A DNA stretch of 53,649 bases from an uncultured Ruminococcus sp. (GCA_937872775.1 CALMUA010000216.1:1-53649), one strand, 5' to 3'; counted from the stretch's first letter, positions 38,136-48,062 are shown. Program-made: numbers and translations. Notes: a model not told the origin generated them from the sequence alone.

Positions 38136-40706
38136 ATGAAAAATAAAAGTATTTTTAGCAGACTAAAAGCAGCAACAGTAAGTGCAGTTGTAATGATTTC
38201 GGCATTAGCTGTTTTTCCGGCTGCTGATGTACTGGACATATCTGTTGCAGATGCTGAAGGCGTTGAACTTAACTATGCAAAGGCATTGCAGTATTCAATG
38301 TATTTTTATGATGCCAATATGTGTGGTACTGGCGTAGACGAAAATTCACAGTATTCGTGGAGAAGCAACTGCCATACATATGATGCGAAGCTTCCGCTTG
38401 ATTCAAAAAATACAAATATGACTGACAGCTTCATAGATGATAATAAAGACATACTTGATCCTGACGGAGACGGATGTGTTGATGTAGCCGGAGGCTATCA
38501 TGATGCCGGAGACCATGTAAAATTCGGCATGCCTGAAGGATATTCAGGGGCAGCAATCGGCTGGGGATATTATGAATTCAAGGAATCATACGAAGCTACA
38601 GGTCAGGCAGAGCATGTTGAAACAATACTCCGATATTTCAATGATTACTTCATGAACTGTACATACCTTGACGATGATGGAAAGGCTATTGCGTTCTGTT
38701 ATCAGGTTGGTGATGGTGATATTGACCATGCTTACTGGAATTCACCTGAAGTTGATGAAATGTTCAGACGTGGCTGGTTTGCTACTGATGAAATGGTTTC
38801 AACAGACTGTCTTTCAATAGCTGCTTCATCACTTGCAATAAATTATATGAACTTTAAGGATTCAGATCCGGAATATGCAGAAAAGAATCTTGAATATGCA
38901 AAAGCTCTTTATGAATTTGCCGACAGAGCAGAGGAAAAGGATTGTAATGCCGATGGACCTAAGGGATATTACACATCCTCTAAATGGGTTGATGACTATT
39001 GTTTTGCAGCTATATGGCTGTATATGGCAACACAGGAACAGGATTATCTTGATACAGTGCTTACAAATGTTGACTACTATGCGCCTTCATGCTGGACATT
39101 CTGCTGGAATGATGTATGGGCAGGAGTTATGTGCATGCTTGGTGAAGCAGATGATATGTACGGAAAAGAGACTCAGGGCATTGAAGGTAAAAAGAGCACA
39201 GAATTTGTTGACAAATTTATAAAGCTTCAGAATAAGAGCCCATATGAAGATATCGATTGGTGGAGTCAGATAGCAAAGACTATTGACAACTGGATGACAG
39301 GAAATACACCGAAAAACTCACCTGCAGGATATGCTTTCCTCAATCAGTGGGGTTCAGCAAGATACAATACGGCTACACAATTTCTTGCTCTTGTTTACGA
39401 CAAGCATCATGGAGATAAGGCGTCAAAATATAGTGAGTGGGCAAAATCACAGATGGATTATCTGTTAGGTGAAAATCCTCTGAACCGTTGCTATATAGTT
39501 GGCTATAGTGATATTTCAGCTAAATATCCTCATCACAGAGCAGCTTCAGGACTTTCAAAATGTGAAGACTTGGATGAACACAGATATGTTCTTTATGGTG
39601 CACTTGTAGGAGGACCTGACTTAGCTGATAACCATAAGGATATTACTGCAGACTATATATATAATGAGGTAACAATAGACTATAATGCAGCATTCGTTGG
39701 TGCATGTGCAGGTCAATATTATTTCTTCGGTGACGATTCAATGAAAGTAACACCTGATTTCCCACCGGCAGTAACTGAAAAAGAAGATGATCCTTCTAAT
39801 CCTGCTGATACATCTCCGACAGGTAAGTACTGGGTAGAGGCATTCTGCGTTGATATAGAACAGGATGGTACACCTAAGGCTTCAGAAATAACTTTCTATG
39901 TATGTTCAAATGTAACCAAGGTTTCCAAGAATCTTTCAGTAAGATATTATTTTGATTCTACAGGAATGTCATCAATAGGAGAAAAAGAGCTTACTCTCAG
40001 AAAACTTTATGATCAGGCTGAAATTGAAGCTGATCACGGAGCAACTTTATCAGAAACACCTGTTCATTATAAGGACAATATTTATTATGTTGAAATTGCA
40101 TGGGAAGACTATGTAATAGCTAATTCAAATAAAAAATATCAGTTTACTCTCGGAACTTATGCATGGGGCAATTCCTGGGATCCGTCAGATGACTGGAGCC
40201 ATAATGAACTAAGACAGGAGGCTGATCCGTTTAAAGGAACGGTAGAAAAAACACAGTATATATGTGTATATGATAATGGAGTTCTTGTTGGCGGAATTGA
40301 ACCTGACGGCAGTGAACCAGTAGTAACAACACCGACTGTAACTACGGCTGAAACAACAAAGTCAACAACAGCAAAGGTTACAACAGCTAAAACAACAACA
40401 AAGATAACTCAATCAAATGTTACAACATCAAAAGTATCAGATGTTTCAAAGCCAGATGCAGAAACAACACCGCAGGCACCATCGGGTGGCGGAATTATGT
40501 ACGGAGATCTTGATGGAAACAGGAAAGTAGATATAACGGATCTTACTATACTGAGTCAATATCTTATAGGAGACATGAGTCTGTCAGATGCTTTGATCAG
40601 TGCTGCTGATGTAAACGGCAGCGGTGAGATAAATCTTGCTGATCTTGCACATCTGAAACAGTATATAATGAAGGATAAAGTTGTATTAGGTCCGCAACCA
40701 AAATAA
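38136..40706 (+). CDS. GH9 endoglucanase with CBM3c, long Thr-rich linker and dockerin (paralog of 35607..38105)
   Basis: YHDAGDHVKF, YPHHRAAS, NEVTIDYNAA; dockerin GDLDGNRKVDITD...ADVNGSGEINLAD. Confidence 0.94.
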   Translation: MKNKSIFSRLKAATVSAVVMISALAVFPAADVLDISVADAEGVELNYAKALQYSMYFYDANMCGTGVDENSQYSWRSNCHTYDAKLPLDSKNTNMTDSFIDDNKDILDPDGDGCVDVAGGYHDAGDHVKFGMPEGYSGAAIGWGYYEFKESYEATGQAEHVETILRYFNDYFMNCTYLDDDGKAIAFCYQVGDGDIDHAYWNSPEVDEMFRRGWFATDEMVSTDCLSIAASSLAINYMNFKDSDPEYAEKNLEYAKALYEFADRAEEKDCNADGPKGYYTSSKWVDDYCFAAIWLYMATQEQDYLDTVLTNVDYYAPSCWTFCWNDVWAGVMCMLGEADDMYGKETQGIEGKKSTEFVDKFIKLQNKSPYEDIDWWSQIAKTIDNWMTGNTPKNSPAGYAFLNQWGSARYNTATQFLALVYDKHHGDKASKYSEWAKSQMDYLLGENPLNRCYIVGYSDISAKYPHHRAASGLSKCEDLDEHRYVLYGALVGGPDLADNHKDITADYIYNEVTIDYNAAFVGACAGQYYFFGDDSMKVTPDFPPAVTEKEDDPSNPADTSPTGKYWVEAFCVDIEQDGTPKASEITFYVCSNVTKVSKNLSVRYYFDSTGMSSIGEKELTLRKLYDQAEIEADHGATLSETPVHYKDNIYYVEIAWEDYVIANSNKKYQFTLGTYAWGNSWDPSDDWSHNELRQEADPFKGTVEKTQYICVYDNGVLVGGIEPDGSEPVVTTPTVTTAETTKSTTAKVTTAKTTTKITQSNVTTSKVSDVSKPDAETTPQAPSGGGIMYGDLDGNRKVDITDLTILSQYLIGDMSLSDALISAADVNGSGEINLADLAHLKQYIMKDKVVLGPQPK

Positions 40707-40716
40707 TATGTTACAC

Positions 40717-40754
40717 AAAAATGCTCCGTCTGAATGATGCGGAGCATTTTTTTT
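40717..40754 (+). terminator. Intrinsic terminator
   Basis: AAAAATGCTCCG / CGGAGCATTTTT followed by further Ts. Confidence 0.85.
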
Positions 40755-40808
40755 AAAGATAAAAGTGTATTTGACCATAATGTACATATATTATTTGAGC
40801 AAAAATAA

Positions 40809-40844
40809 TATTTACTCTCAGCCGGCTTTATGATATAATAATTA
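40809..40844 (+). promoter_or_regulatory. Promoter of the expansin gene
   Basis: TTTACT (40811) -17- TATAAT (40834) with extended -10 TG; matches 35515..35550. Confidence 0.68.
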
Positions 40845-40994
40845 TAACCAAAGAGTAATATTTTATGATTATTTGATAGTTATGATTTATTGAGCTTTTA
40901 AGGCTGAAATAAGCAAGTAAATCAGAAATTATCAGACAGCATCATTAGCGCACAGTTCTGTAAAGTCAACAAATTGCAGAAAGGTTATGAAAAT

Positions 40995-41933
40995 ATGAAG
41001 CTTTATAAAAGAATATGCATAGCATTTATGTGTGGATTATTGCCTGTATCGGGTATAATGGTTTCAGCTGATGAAATATCATCAAAGGTAGGTGATATTA
41101 ATCTTGATTCAAAAGTAAATGTAATAGATCTTATTTATCTTAAGGGAGAATTGCTGGGGATTGCTTTGCCGGATGAAATGCAAAGTAAAAATGCTGACAT
41201 AAACGTTGATGGTGTAATTACATCGGCAGATGCTTCAGTACTTATTAATTATTTACTCAAAGATGAACAAATTTCAAAGCCCTATGTGCCGGATACATAT
41301 CCTATAGATGAGTCAGCAATTCTTGAACCAAAGGGTGCTGTACATACAGGAGAAGGTACATTTTACGGTGGAGGATACGAAGGCGGATGTGCAATGCTTG
41401 ATCCGATTTCCCGTGATTACTGGATAGTTGCAATGAATCTTGCCGATTATGATAATGCAAGGCTGGCTGGCGCATATCTTGAGGTCACAGGTGAACTTGG
41501 CACAATAAATATGCTTGTAACCGATTTATTGCCTGAAGGTAAAAAAGGTGATCTTGATTTGTATACAGATGCTTTTCCTCTTATTGCACCGGTTGAAAAA
41601 GGACGTGTACCGGTCAGCTGGAAGATCGTGCCCCTGGATACTTCTGCTGATGCACCTGTAAGCTACAGATTTAAAGAAGGAAGCAGTCCTTTTTGGTGTG
41701 GTGTACAGCTCCTCAACCATCGTTATCCGATAGCAAAGCTTGAATACCTTAATAAAGACGGAGAATTTGTTCAGATAAACCGAAGACTATACAATTATTT
41801 TGAGAGTATGGAAATGGGAGAGGGACCGTTTACATTCAGAGCGACTGATATATATGGACAGGTTATTGTAGATCATGACATTACTCTTGTACTTGATGAA
41901 AAAATAGAGGGGAAGAGTCAGTTTCCTGTATAA
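40995..41933 (+). CDS. N-terminal dockerin fused to bacterial expansin (EXLX; DPBB + CBM63)
   Basis: Signal peptide; dockerin GDINLDSKVNVID...ADINVDGVITSAD; expansin motifs GEGTFYG, LAGAYLEVTG, VTDLLPEGKKGDLDL, FKEGSSPFW, NHRYPIAKLEY, YNYF. Confidence 0.9.
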   Translation: MKLYKRICIAFMCGLLPVSGIMVSADEISSKVGDINLDSKVNVIDLIYLKGELLGIALPDEMQSKNADINVDGVITSADASVLINYLLKDEQISKPYVPDTYPIDESAILEPKGAVHTGEGTFYGGGYEGGCAMLDPISRDYWIVAMNLADYDNARLAGAYLEVTGELGTINMLVTDLLPEGKKGDLDLYTDAFPLIAPVEKGRVPVSWKIVPLDTSADAPVSYRFKEGSSPFWCGVQLLNHRYPIAKLEYLNKDGEFVQINRRLYNYFESMEMGEGPFTFRATDIYGQVIVDHDITLVLDEKIEGKSQFPV

Positions 41934-42094
41934 CTTAGGCGATATCCATCCACATCTGAGGGAGGGGGTTAAATATCCTCATTCACGCAGGAGTCGGTTC
42001 TCTTACCTGAATGAGAAATTCTGCTATTGACACGTTAAAAATGGGAAAGCACTTATTTAAAAATAAGAATGACGTTTTTTTATGGGGTATACTT

Positions 42095-43231
42095 ATGAAA
42101 AGAAAAGTAAAAAAAGCTGATATAGTACTTATATTTATTTATCTTTTAATGATAATATTAAATGTAGCATCATGGCTGAGTACGGCATTTGCAGACTGGT
42201 ATGCAAGAAATATATTGCCGGTATGGGTAAATATTTTTTCAAGGGCTTCATCAATCATTCCTTTTTCACTTGGTGAGATGATGATAATTACAGCAGTTGT
42301 GATCGTAGTTTCAGGTATTATTACATATGTATTATTTATGATATTCGGAAAAGGAAAGAGGAAAAAAATCTCGTGTACTGCACTTAGGATATTTTTATGG
42401 ATCATGGCATTTATTGTCACAACTGAAACAATGAATTGTTTTATTATGTATCATTGCACATCATTATCAGATGAGTATTTTAGTAAGGCTTCAGAAGAAT
42501 ATTCATCGGAATCACTTGTGAATCTCTATGAAGTTGTAGTAAATAACCTTAATGAACTTTCAGATGAGGTAGAACGTGATGAAAACGGAGATTTTATTCT
42601 CACAGATGATCTTTATAAAACAGCCAGTGATTCAATGCGCAAGCTGAGTGATGTATATCCTCAGCTTTCAGGTTATTATCCTAAACCTAAAAAGATAATG
42701 TTTTCCGGATTTATTTCACAGCAATATCTTATGGGAGTATTTTTCCCGTTTTCCCTTGAGGTAAATTACAATAAAGTAATGAGTCCTATAAATTATCCGG
42801 ACACAATATGTCATGAATATGCACATCTTAAGGGGATAATGCCTGAAGATGAAGCAGGATTTGTTTCATTTCTTGCATGTATAGGATCAGAAAGTGCACA
42901 ATTCAGGTATAGTGGATACCTATCAGTAATATATTACATAGAAAATGATATTTATGAATGCGTAACAGAAAGAAGTGAGTTGGAAAGGGCTGATGCGATA
43001 CGTGAATCTCTGGATACCAGGATAGTAAATGACAATGTTTTCCTTACATATGATGCATGGGAGAAAGTAGAGGAAAAAGCAGTCGTATCTACAGATGTCA
43101 TCAATGACGTATCAGATGTTTTTACTGACACATCACTAAAACTTAACGGAGTTAGTGATGGAAAAGCAAGCTATGGCAGAAAAGTCAAGCTTTTGCTTGA
43201 CTATTATGAGACAGAAGGGAGTTTAAAATGA
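42095..43231 (+). CDS. DUF3810-like membrane protein with HExxH metallopeptidase motif
   Basis: Three N-terminal TM segments with PFSLGE; PKPK, GVFFPFSLEVNYN, CHEYAHLKG...EDEAGF, YSGY. Start placed at ATG 42095 (track gives 42011). Confidence 0.78.
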   Translation: MKRKVKKADIVLIFIYLLMIILNVASWLSTAFADWYARNILPVWVNIFSRASSIIPFSLGEMMIITAVVIVVSGIITYVLFMIFGKGKRKKISCTALRIFLWIMAFIVTTETMNCFIMYHCTSLSDEYFSKASEEYSSESLVNLYEVVVNNLNELSDEVERDENGDFILTDDLYKTASDSMRKLSDVYPQLSGYYPKPKKIMFSGFISQQYLMGVFFPFSLEVNYNKVMSPINYPDTICHEYAHLKGIMPEDEAGFVSFLACIGSESAQFRYSGYLSVIYYIENDIYECVTERSELERADAIRESLDTRIVNDNVFLTYDAWEKVEEKAVVSTDVINDVSDVFTDTSLKLNGVSDGKASYGRKVKLLLDYYETEGSLK

Positions 43232-45684
43232 GGAAATCATTTTTAAAAAGACTTACAGCAATTACTCTTGGTGTTGCAGTATTGGGCACATGCACAAATT
43301 TAAGACCATTTATGTCAGAACCAAAAGTGGTAAGTGCGGCAGATTCTGAGGTGGAGAAAAATTATGCCAAGTTATTGCAGTATTCAATGTATTTTTATGA
43401 TGCAAATATGTGCGGAACAGGCGTAAATGATAATAACCGTTATAAGTGGAGGTCAAATTGTCATACATATGATGCACAATTGCCTCTTGATTCTAAAAAC
43501 ACAAATATGACAGACAGTTTTATCAAAGAAAATATTGCAGCTCTTGATTCTGACGGCGACGGATGTGTTGATGTTTCAGGTGGATTTCATGATGCCGGAG
43601 ACCATGTAAAATTCGGAATGCCGGAGGCATATTCAGGTTCTACTCTCGGATGGGGTTACTATGAATTTAAAGATGAGTATGTTGAAACGGAACAGGATGA
43701 TCATATTGAAACAATACTCAGATATTTTAATGACTATTTCATGAGATGTACATTCAGAGACGATAATGGCGATGTTGTCGCATTCTGTTATCAGGTAGGC
43801 GATGGTGATATAGACCATGCTTACTGGAATGCACCTGAAGCAGATGAAATGTTCAGAAGAGGTTGGTTTGCGACAAAGGACATGCCTTCAACTGACTGTG
43901 TATCTGCTGCTGCTGCATCACTTGCAGTAAATTACATGAATTTTAAAGAAGAAGATCCGGAATATGCAGAAAAAAATCTCGACTATGCTGAGGCATTATT
44001 CAGATTTGCAGAGAGCTGTGATGAAAAATCATGTAATGATGATGGACCAAAAGTATATTATTCATCTTCAAAGTGGATAGATGACTATTGCTGGGCTTCA
44101 ATATGGCTTTACCTGTGTACGCAGAATAAGCATTACCTTGATATAGTACTTGAAAATACAGACTATTATGCTGGATCATGCTGGACGCACTGCTGGAATG
44201 ATGTATGGGCAGGAACAATGTATATGCTTGCTGAGGTTGAAGATATGTACGGTCAGGATGGCAGCATGATGAAACAGTTCCTTGAAGCACAGGGAAAAAC
44301 AGAATACGAGAAATGTAATTTCTGGAATGCTGCCGGTGATCTTCCAAGAAAGTGGAAATCGGGAAGCGTTGCCGCTCTATCACCGACAGGATATGCTTTT
44401 TTAAGTGTATGGGGTTCAGCACGTTATAATACGGCAACCCAGCTTGCAGCACTCATATATGATAAACATCATGGAGATAAGGCCGGAGAATACAGCGAGT
44501 GGGCAAAATCTCAGATGGATTATCTTATCGGAGAAAACCCTCTCAACAGATGCTATGTTGTAGGCTATAGTGACAATTCAGTTAAATATCCACATCACAG
44601 AGCGGCTTCAGGTCTTTCAAAATGTGAGGACCCGGGCGAGCATAGATATGTTCTGTATGGTGCACTTGTAGGAGGCCCTGATGCCAAGGATGAACATAAT
44701 GATATTACATCAGACTGGATATACAATGAAGTAACAATTGACTATAATGCGGCATTTGTAGGTGCATGTGCAGGACTGTATCATTTCTATAAGGATGATA
44801 CTATGAAAATAACACCTGACTTTCCACCTGATCCTGTTACACCTGAGCAGGGCCCGGAATCATACTGGGTAAATGCCTTCAGTGTTGAAATTGTGCAGAC
44901 AGACGGGCCAAAGACGTCAGAAATAACATTCTATGTATCAGGTAATGTTGCAAAGCCATCAAAGAATACATCAGTAAGATATTTCTTTGATGCTACCGGA
45001 ATGTCATCTGTAGACCCATCCAATATGACCGTAGAGGAATTATACGATCAGGCATATGAAGAAACGGACGGACATGACGGAGTAATTTCAGGACCGCACC
45101 ATTATAAAGATAATATTTATTATGTAGAGGTTACGTGGGACGGATATGCCATAGCAAATTCAAACAAAAAATATCAGTTTGCAGTTGGAACATATGCATG
45201 GAAAAATTCATGGAATACAGAAGATGACTGGAGTCACAAGGGAATAAGACTTGAAGAAAATCCTTTCCTTGGAACAGTAGAGAGAACGGATTATATATGT
45301 GTATACAATGATGGCGTTCTTGTAGGAGGTATTGAGCCTGATGGTTCTGTTCCGGTTGTAACTGAACCTGCTGTAACAACAGCAACAGAAAAAACTACAA
45401 CAACAAAGATATCACAAAAGCCTGTAACTACAGCTAAAACAACAACATCAAAGAAGTATCCTACAGAACCTGACAAACTTGCACCGGGAGATGTTAATGG
45501 AGATAAAAAAGTCGACATTTCAGATCTTACATTGTTGTCATTATACTTCTTAGAAGACGTTATGTTTAATGATAAGCAGATAGCAGCTGGTGATGTAAAT
45601 GCAAGTGGTGAAACTGATCTTGCAGATATGGCACATCTGAAACAGTATATTATGAAGGACCCTGTAAAACTAGGAGCTCAGTAA
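43228..45684 (+). CDS. GH9 endoglucanase with CBM3c and C-terminal dockerin
   Basis: FHDAGDHVKF, YPHHRAAS, NEVTIDYNAA; SVRYFFDA; dockerin GDVNGDKKVDISD...GDVNASGETDLAD. Confidence 0.94.
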   Translation: MRKSFLKRLTAITLGVAVLGTCTNLRPFMSEPKVVSAADSEVEKNYAKLLQYSMYFYDANMCGTGVNDNNRYKWRSNCHTYDAQLPLDSKNTNMTDSFIKENIAALDSDGDGCVDVSGGFHDAGDHVKFGMPEAYSGSTLGWGYYEFKDEYVETEQDDHIETILRYFNDYFMRCTFRDDNGDVVAFCYQVGDGDIDHAYWNAPEADEMFRRGWFATKDMPSTDCVSAAAASLAVNYMNFKEEDPEYAEKNLDYAEALFRFAESCDEKSCNDDGPKVYYSSSKWIDDYCWASIWLYLCTQNKHYLDIVLENTDYYAGSCWTHCWNDVWAGTMYMLAEVEDMYGQDGSMMKQFLEAQGKTEYEKCNFWNAAGDLPRKWKSGSVAALSPTGYAFLSVWGSARYNTATQLAALIYDKHHGDKAGEYSEWAKSQMDYLIGENPLNRCYVVGYSDNSVKYPHHRAASGLSKCEDPGEHRYVLYGALVGGPDAKDEHNDITSDWIYNEVTIDYNAAFVGACAGLYHFYKDDTMKITPDFPPDPVTPEQGPESYWVNAFSVEIVQTDGPKTSEITFYVSGNVAKPSKNTSVRYFFDATGMSSVDPSNMTVEELYDQAYEETDGHDGVISGPHHYKDNIYYVEVTWDGYAIANSNKKYQFAVGTYAWKNSWNTEDDWSHKGIRLEENPFLGTVERTDYICVYNDGVLVGGIEPDGSVPVVTEPAVTTATEKTTTTKISQKPVTTAKTTTSKKYPTEPDKLAPGDVNGDKKVDISDLTLLSLYFLEDVMFNDKQIAAGDVNASGETDLADMAHLKQYIMKDPVKLGAQ

Positions 45685-45710
45685 TTTAAATTTGGAAGGA
45701 ATATCAAAAA

Positions 45711-46973
45711 ATGCATAACTTAAAATATATCTCATTTATTTGTGCTGCAATTATCAGTATTGGTTCATTTGGAATAACAGGAATATCGGCTGAAGAGGAG
45801 GCCGATAAAACTGTTCCGGAACAGACAACAGTAACTGATGTAAAAACACTCTATACCATACAATATGATTTAAACGGCGGAGAAGGAAAGATATCACAGA
45901 CAGATCCTGTGGCTGGAGGAGAAGATGTAAAACTCTCTGTATGGGCATTAAAACGTGAAGGATATTCCCATATAGGATGGACCGACGGAGTCAATACCTA
46001 CAAAAGAGGCCAGATAATTAAAATGCCTACTGAAAACATAAAACTTACAGCAGTATGGTCTGCGGTCTATATGCTTACATACGAAGATCTTTCAAAATAC
46101 GGATATAATATTCCGCTTGTAGATCACACTGTAGTTCCCGGAACAGAAATTCTACTTCCCAATTATGCAATGTTTAATGGAAAGGCTCAGTTTAACGGAT
46201 GGCTGGTAAACGGAGAATACTATGCTCCAAGAACAACGTTTATAATGCCTGAAAAGGATACATATGTTTGTCCTGACTGGCTTAATCCGATAACTCTGAC
46301 ATACAGCACAGGTACAAGTGACGGAGTTCTTAGTCAGAAGGAAATATCATTTGTAAAATATCCGGGTTCCAAGGTCGAACTTCCTGACAGCTCAAGACTT
46401 GCACGACTTGGTTATAAGCTTAACGGCTGGTATGATCCGTTAATTGATAAATCATATAAACTGGAAGAAACATATGTCATTCCTGATAAGGACACAGTTA
46501 TTGAAGCAAAGTGGACACCAATAAAAATAGCTATCGGGTTTAATGCAAATGGCGGAACCGGGAAAATGGATAAAATTATCCAGACGTATGATACTGATCT
46601 GAAGCTTCCTGAATGTACATTTTCAAAGGAAGGTTCAAAGCTTCTTGGATGGGATCTTAAGGGCAGGTATTATGCACCTGACGGTAACTTTCATATAAGA
46701 ATTGAAAAGTTCGGAGAAAGTCCTGAATTTAAGGCCATATGGATAGATCAATCGATTGATCCTGGTGATTTGGACGGTAACAATTCCTGTGACATTACAG
46801 ATATGACATTATTATCATTGTATTTGCTTAAGGATTACACACTTTCTGATGAAGCATCGAAAAACGCTGATGTAGTCAGAGATGATGAGATTAATCTTGT
46901 AGATTTAACAACATACAAGCAATATATAATGCATGAAGATATAATTCTGGGAATGGAAGGTAAAAAAGAGTAA
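45711..46973 (+). CDS. Secreted InlB B-repeat (Flg_new-like) protein with C-terminal dockerin
   Basis: Four GW-containing units (YDLNGGEG..REGYSHIGW..LTAVW; QFNGW; RLGYKLNGW..EAKW; FNANGGTG..KEGSKLLGW..KAIW); dockerin GDLDGNNSCDITD...ADVVRDDEINLVD. Confidence 0.82.
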   Translation: MHNLKYISFICAAIISIGSFGITGISAEEEADKTVPEQTTVTDVKTLYTIQYDLNGGEGKISQTDPVAGGEDVKLSVWALKREGYSHIGWTDGVNTYKRGQIIKMPTENIKLTAVWSAVYMLTYEDLSKYGYNIPLVDHTVVPGTEILLPNYAMFNGKAQFNGWLVNGEYYAPRTTFIMPEKDTYVCPDWLNPITLTYSTGTSDGVLSQKEISFVKYPGSKVELPDSSRLARLGYKLNGWYDPLIDKSYKLEETYVIPDKDTVIEAKWTPIKIAIGFNANGGTGKMDKIIQTYDTDLKLPECTFSKEGSKLLGWDLKGRYYAPDGNFHIRIEKFGESPEFKAIWIDQSIDPGDLDGNNSCDITDMTLLSLYLLKDYTLSDEASKNADVVRDDEINLVDLTTYKQYIMHEDIILGMEGKKE

Positions 46974-46974
46974 A

Positions 46975-47874
46975 ATGAAAAAAAGAATATCGGCATTGGC
47001 AATTTTAATAGCAGCATCATTATTATCTGCAGGGTGTGGTAAAATTAATGAAAATGTTAATGTAAAACCACATGTGACAGAAACAGGACAGTCTGAAAAA
47101 ATCACTGATACGACAGCAACGTCTACAGCCAGAAATACAAAAAAAGTAACTGCAAATGTATCTGGTTCTGTAGTATATGCAGGAGGTGAACCTGAAGAAA
47201 GCGGGTCTTCTGTATCAGACAGCAGTGCAGCATATAATAATTCAGAAAAGAATGACAGTATACCGGATATAAAACAAGAAACTGAGTTAAATGAAGAAAC
47301 CAAGGAACAGACATATCAGACACAGTCGCCACCACCATCTAATCAGGCAGAAATAGAACCGACTTACATTCAGGGTATACTTATTGTAAATAAGACATAT
47401 CCTCTTCCTGCTTCTTATGCACCGGGAAAGCTTACTACAGAAACGCAGAAGGCATTCGATAAGATGGCCGCAGATGCAGCCGCTCAGGGGCTTAGTCTTA
47501 ATAATTCTTCAGATTACAGAAGCTATGAGCTTCAGGATGCTATTTATAATCGTTATGTTTCCAGGAATGGAAAGGAAGCTGCTGATACATATTCAGCAAG
47601 ACCGGGACATTCAGAGCATCAGACAGGACTTGCATTAGATCTTAATTCAATAGAAGACAGCTTTGCTTATACAGATGAAGGTATATGGGTTGCAGAAAAC
47701 TGTTACAAATACGGATTTATTATAAGATATCCTGAAGGAAAAGATAATATAACAGGATACAAATATGAACCTTGGCATATCAGATATCTGGGTACTGAAT
47801 TTGCAGAAAAAGTATATAACAGCGGATTATGTCTTGAAGAGTATCTGGGCATTACATCAGAATATGCAGATTAA
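46975..47874 (+). CDS. Lipoprotein M15B carboxypeptidase (VanY/LdcB-like)
   Basis: Lipobox SAGC, Ser/Thr-rich spacer, SDYRS, SARPGHSEHQTGLALD, YEPWHIRY. Confidence 0.9.
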   Translation: MKKRISALAILIAASLLSAGCGKINENVNVKPHVTETGQSEKITDTTATSTARNTKKVTANVSGSVVYAGGEPEESGSSVSDSSAAYNNSEKNDSIPDIKQETELNEETKEQTYQTQSPPPSNQAEIEPTYIQGILIVNKTYPLPASYAPGKLTTETQKAFDKMAADAAAQGLSLNNSSDYRSYELQDAIYNRYVSRNGKEAADTYSARPGHSEHQTGLALDLNSIEDSFAYTDEGIWVAENCYKYGFIIRYPEGKDNITGYKYEPWHIRYLGTEFAEKVYNSGLCLEEYLGITSEYAD

Positions 47875-47917
47875 ACAAGGTGATAATTTAAATACTTAAA
47901 AAAATTGCTGTAAAGCG

Positions 47918-47967
47918 ATGGCCTGAATTGATGCAGAGTACAGTCAATTCAGGCCATTATTTTTTTA
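47918..47967 (+). terminator. Intrinsic terminator
   Basis: ATGGCCTGAATTGA / TCAATTCAGGCCAT 14-bp stem followed by TATTTTTTT. Confidence 0.85.
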
Positions 47968-47995
47968 TTATGCGTATTGTTTTAATGTTTTTAAG

Positions 47996-48032
47996 AAAAA
48001 AAGGAGCAGGGTTTTATGTATACCCTGCTCCT
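47996..48032 (-). terminator. Intrinsic terminator of minus-strand GH9
   Basis: AGGAGCAGGGT / ACCCTGCTCCT stem preceded by an A run (U tail on minus strand). Confidence 0.82.
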
Positions 48033-48062
48033 ATTTGTCTTATATTACTTTTAATTAATGCA

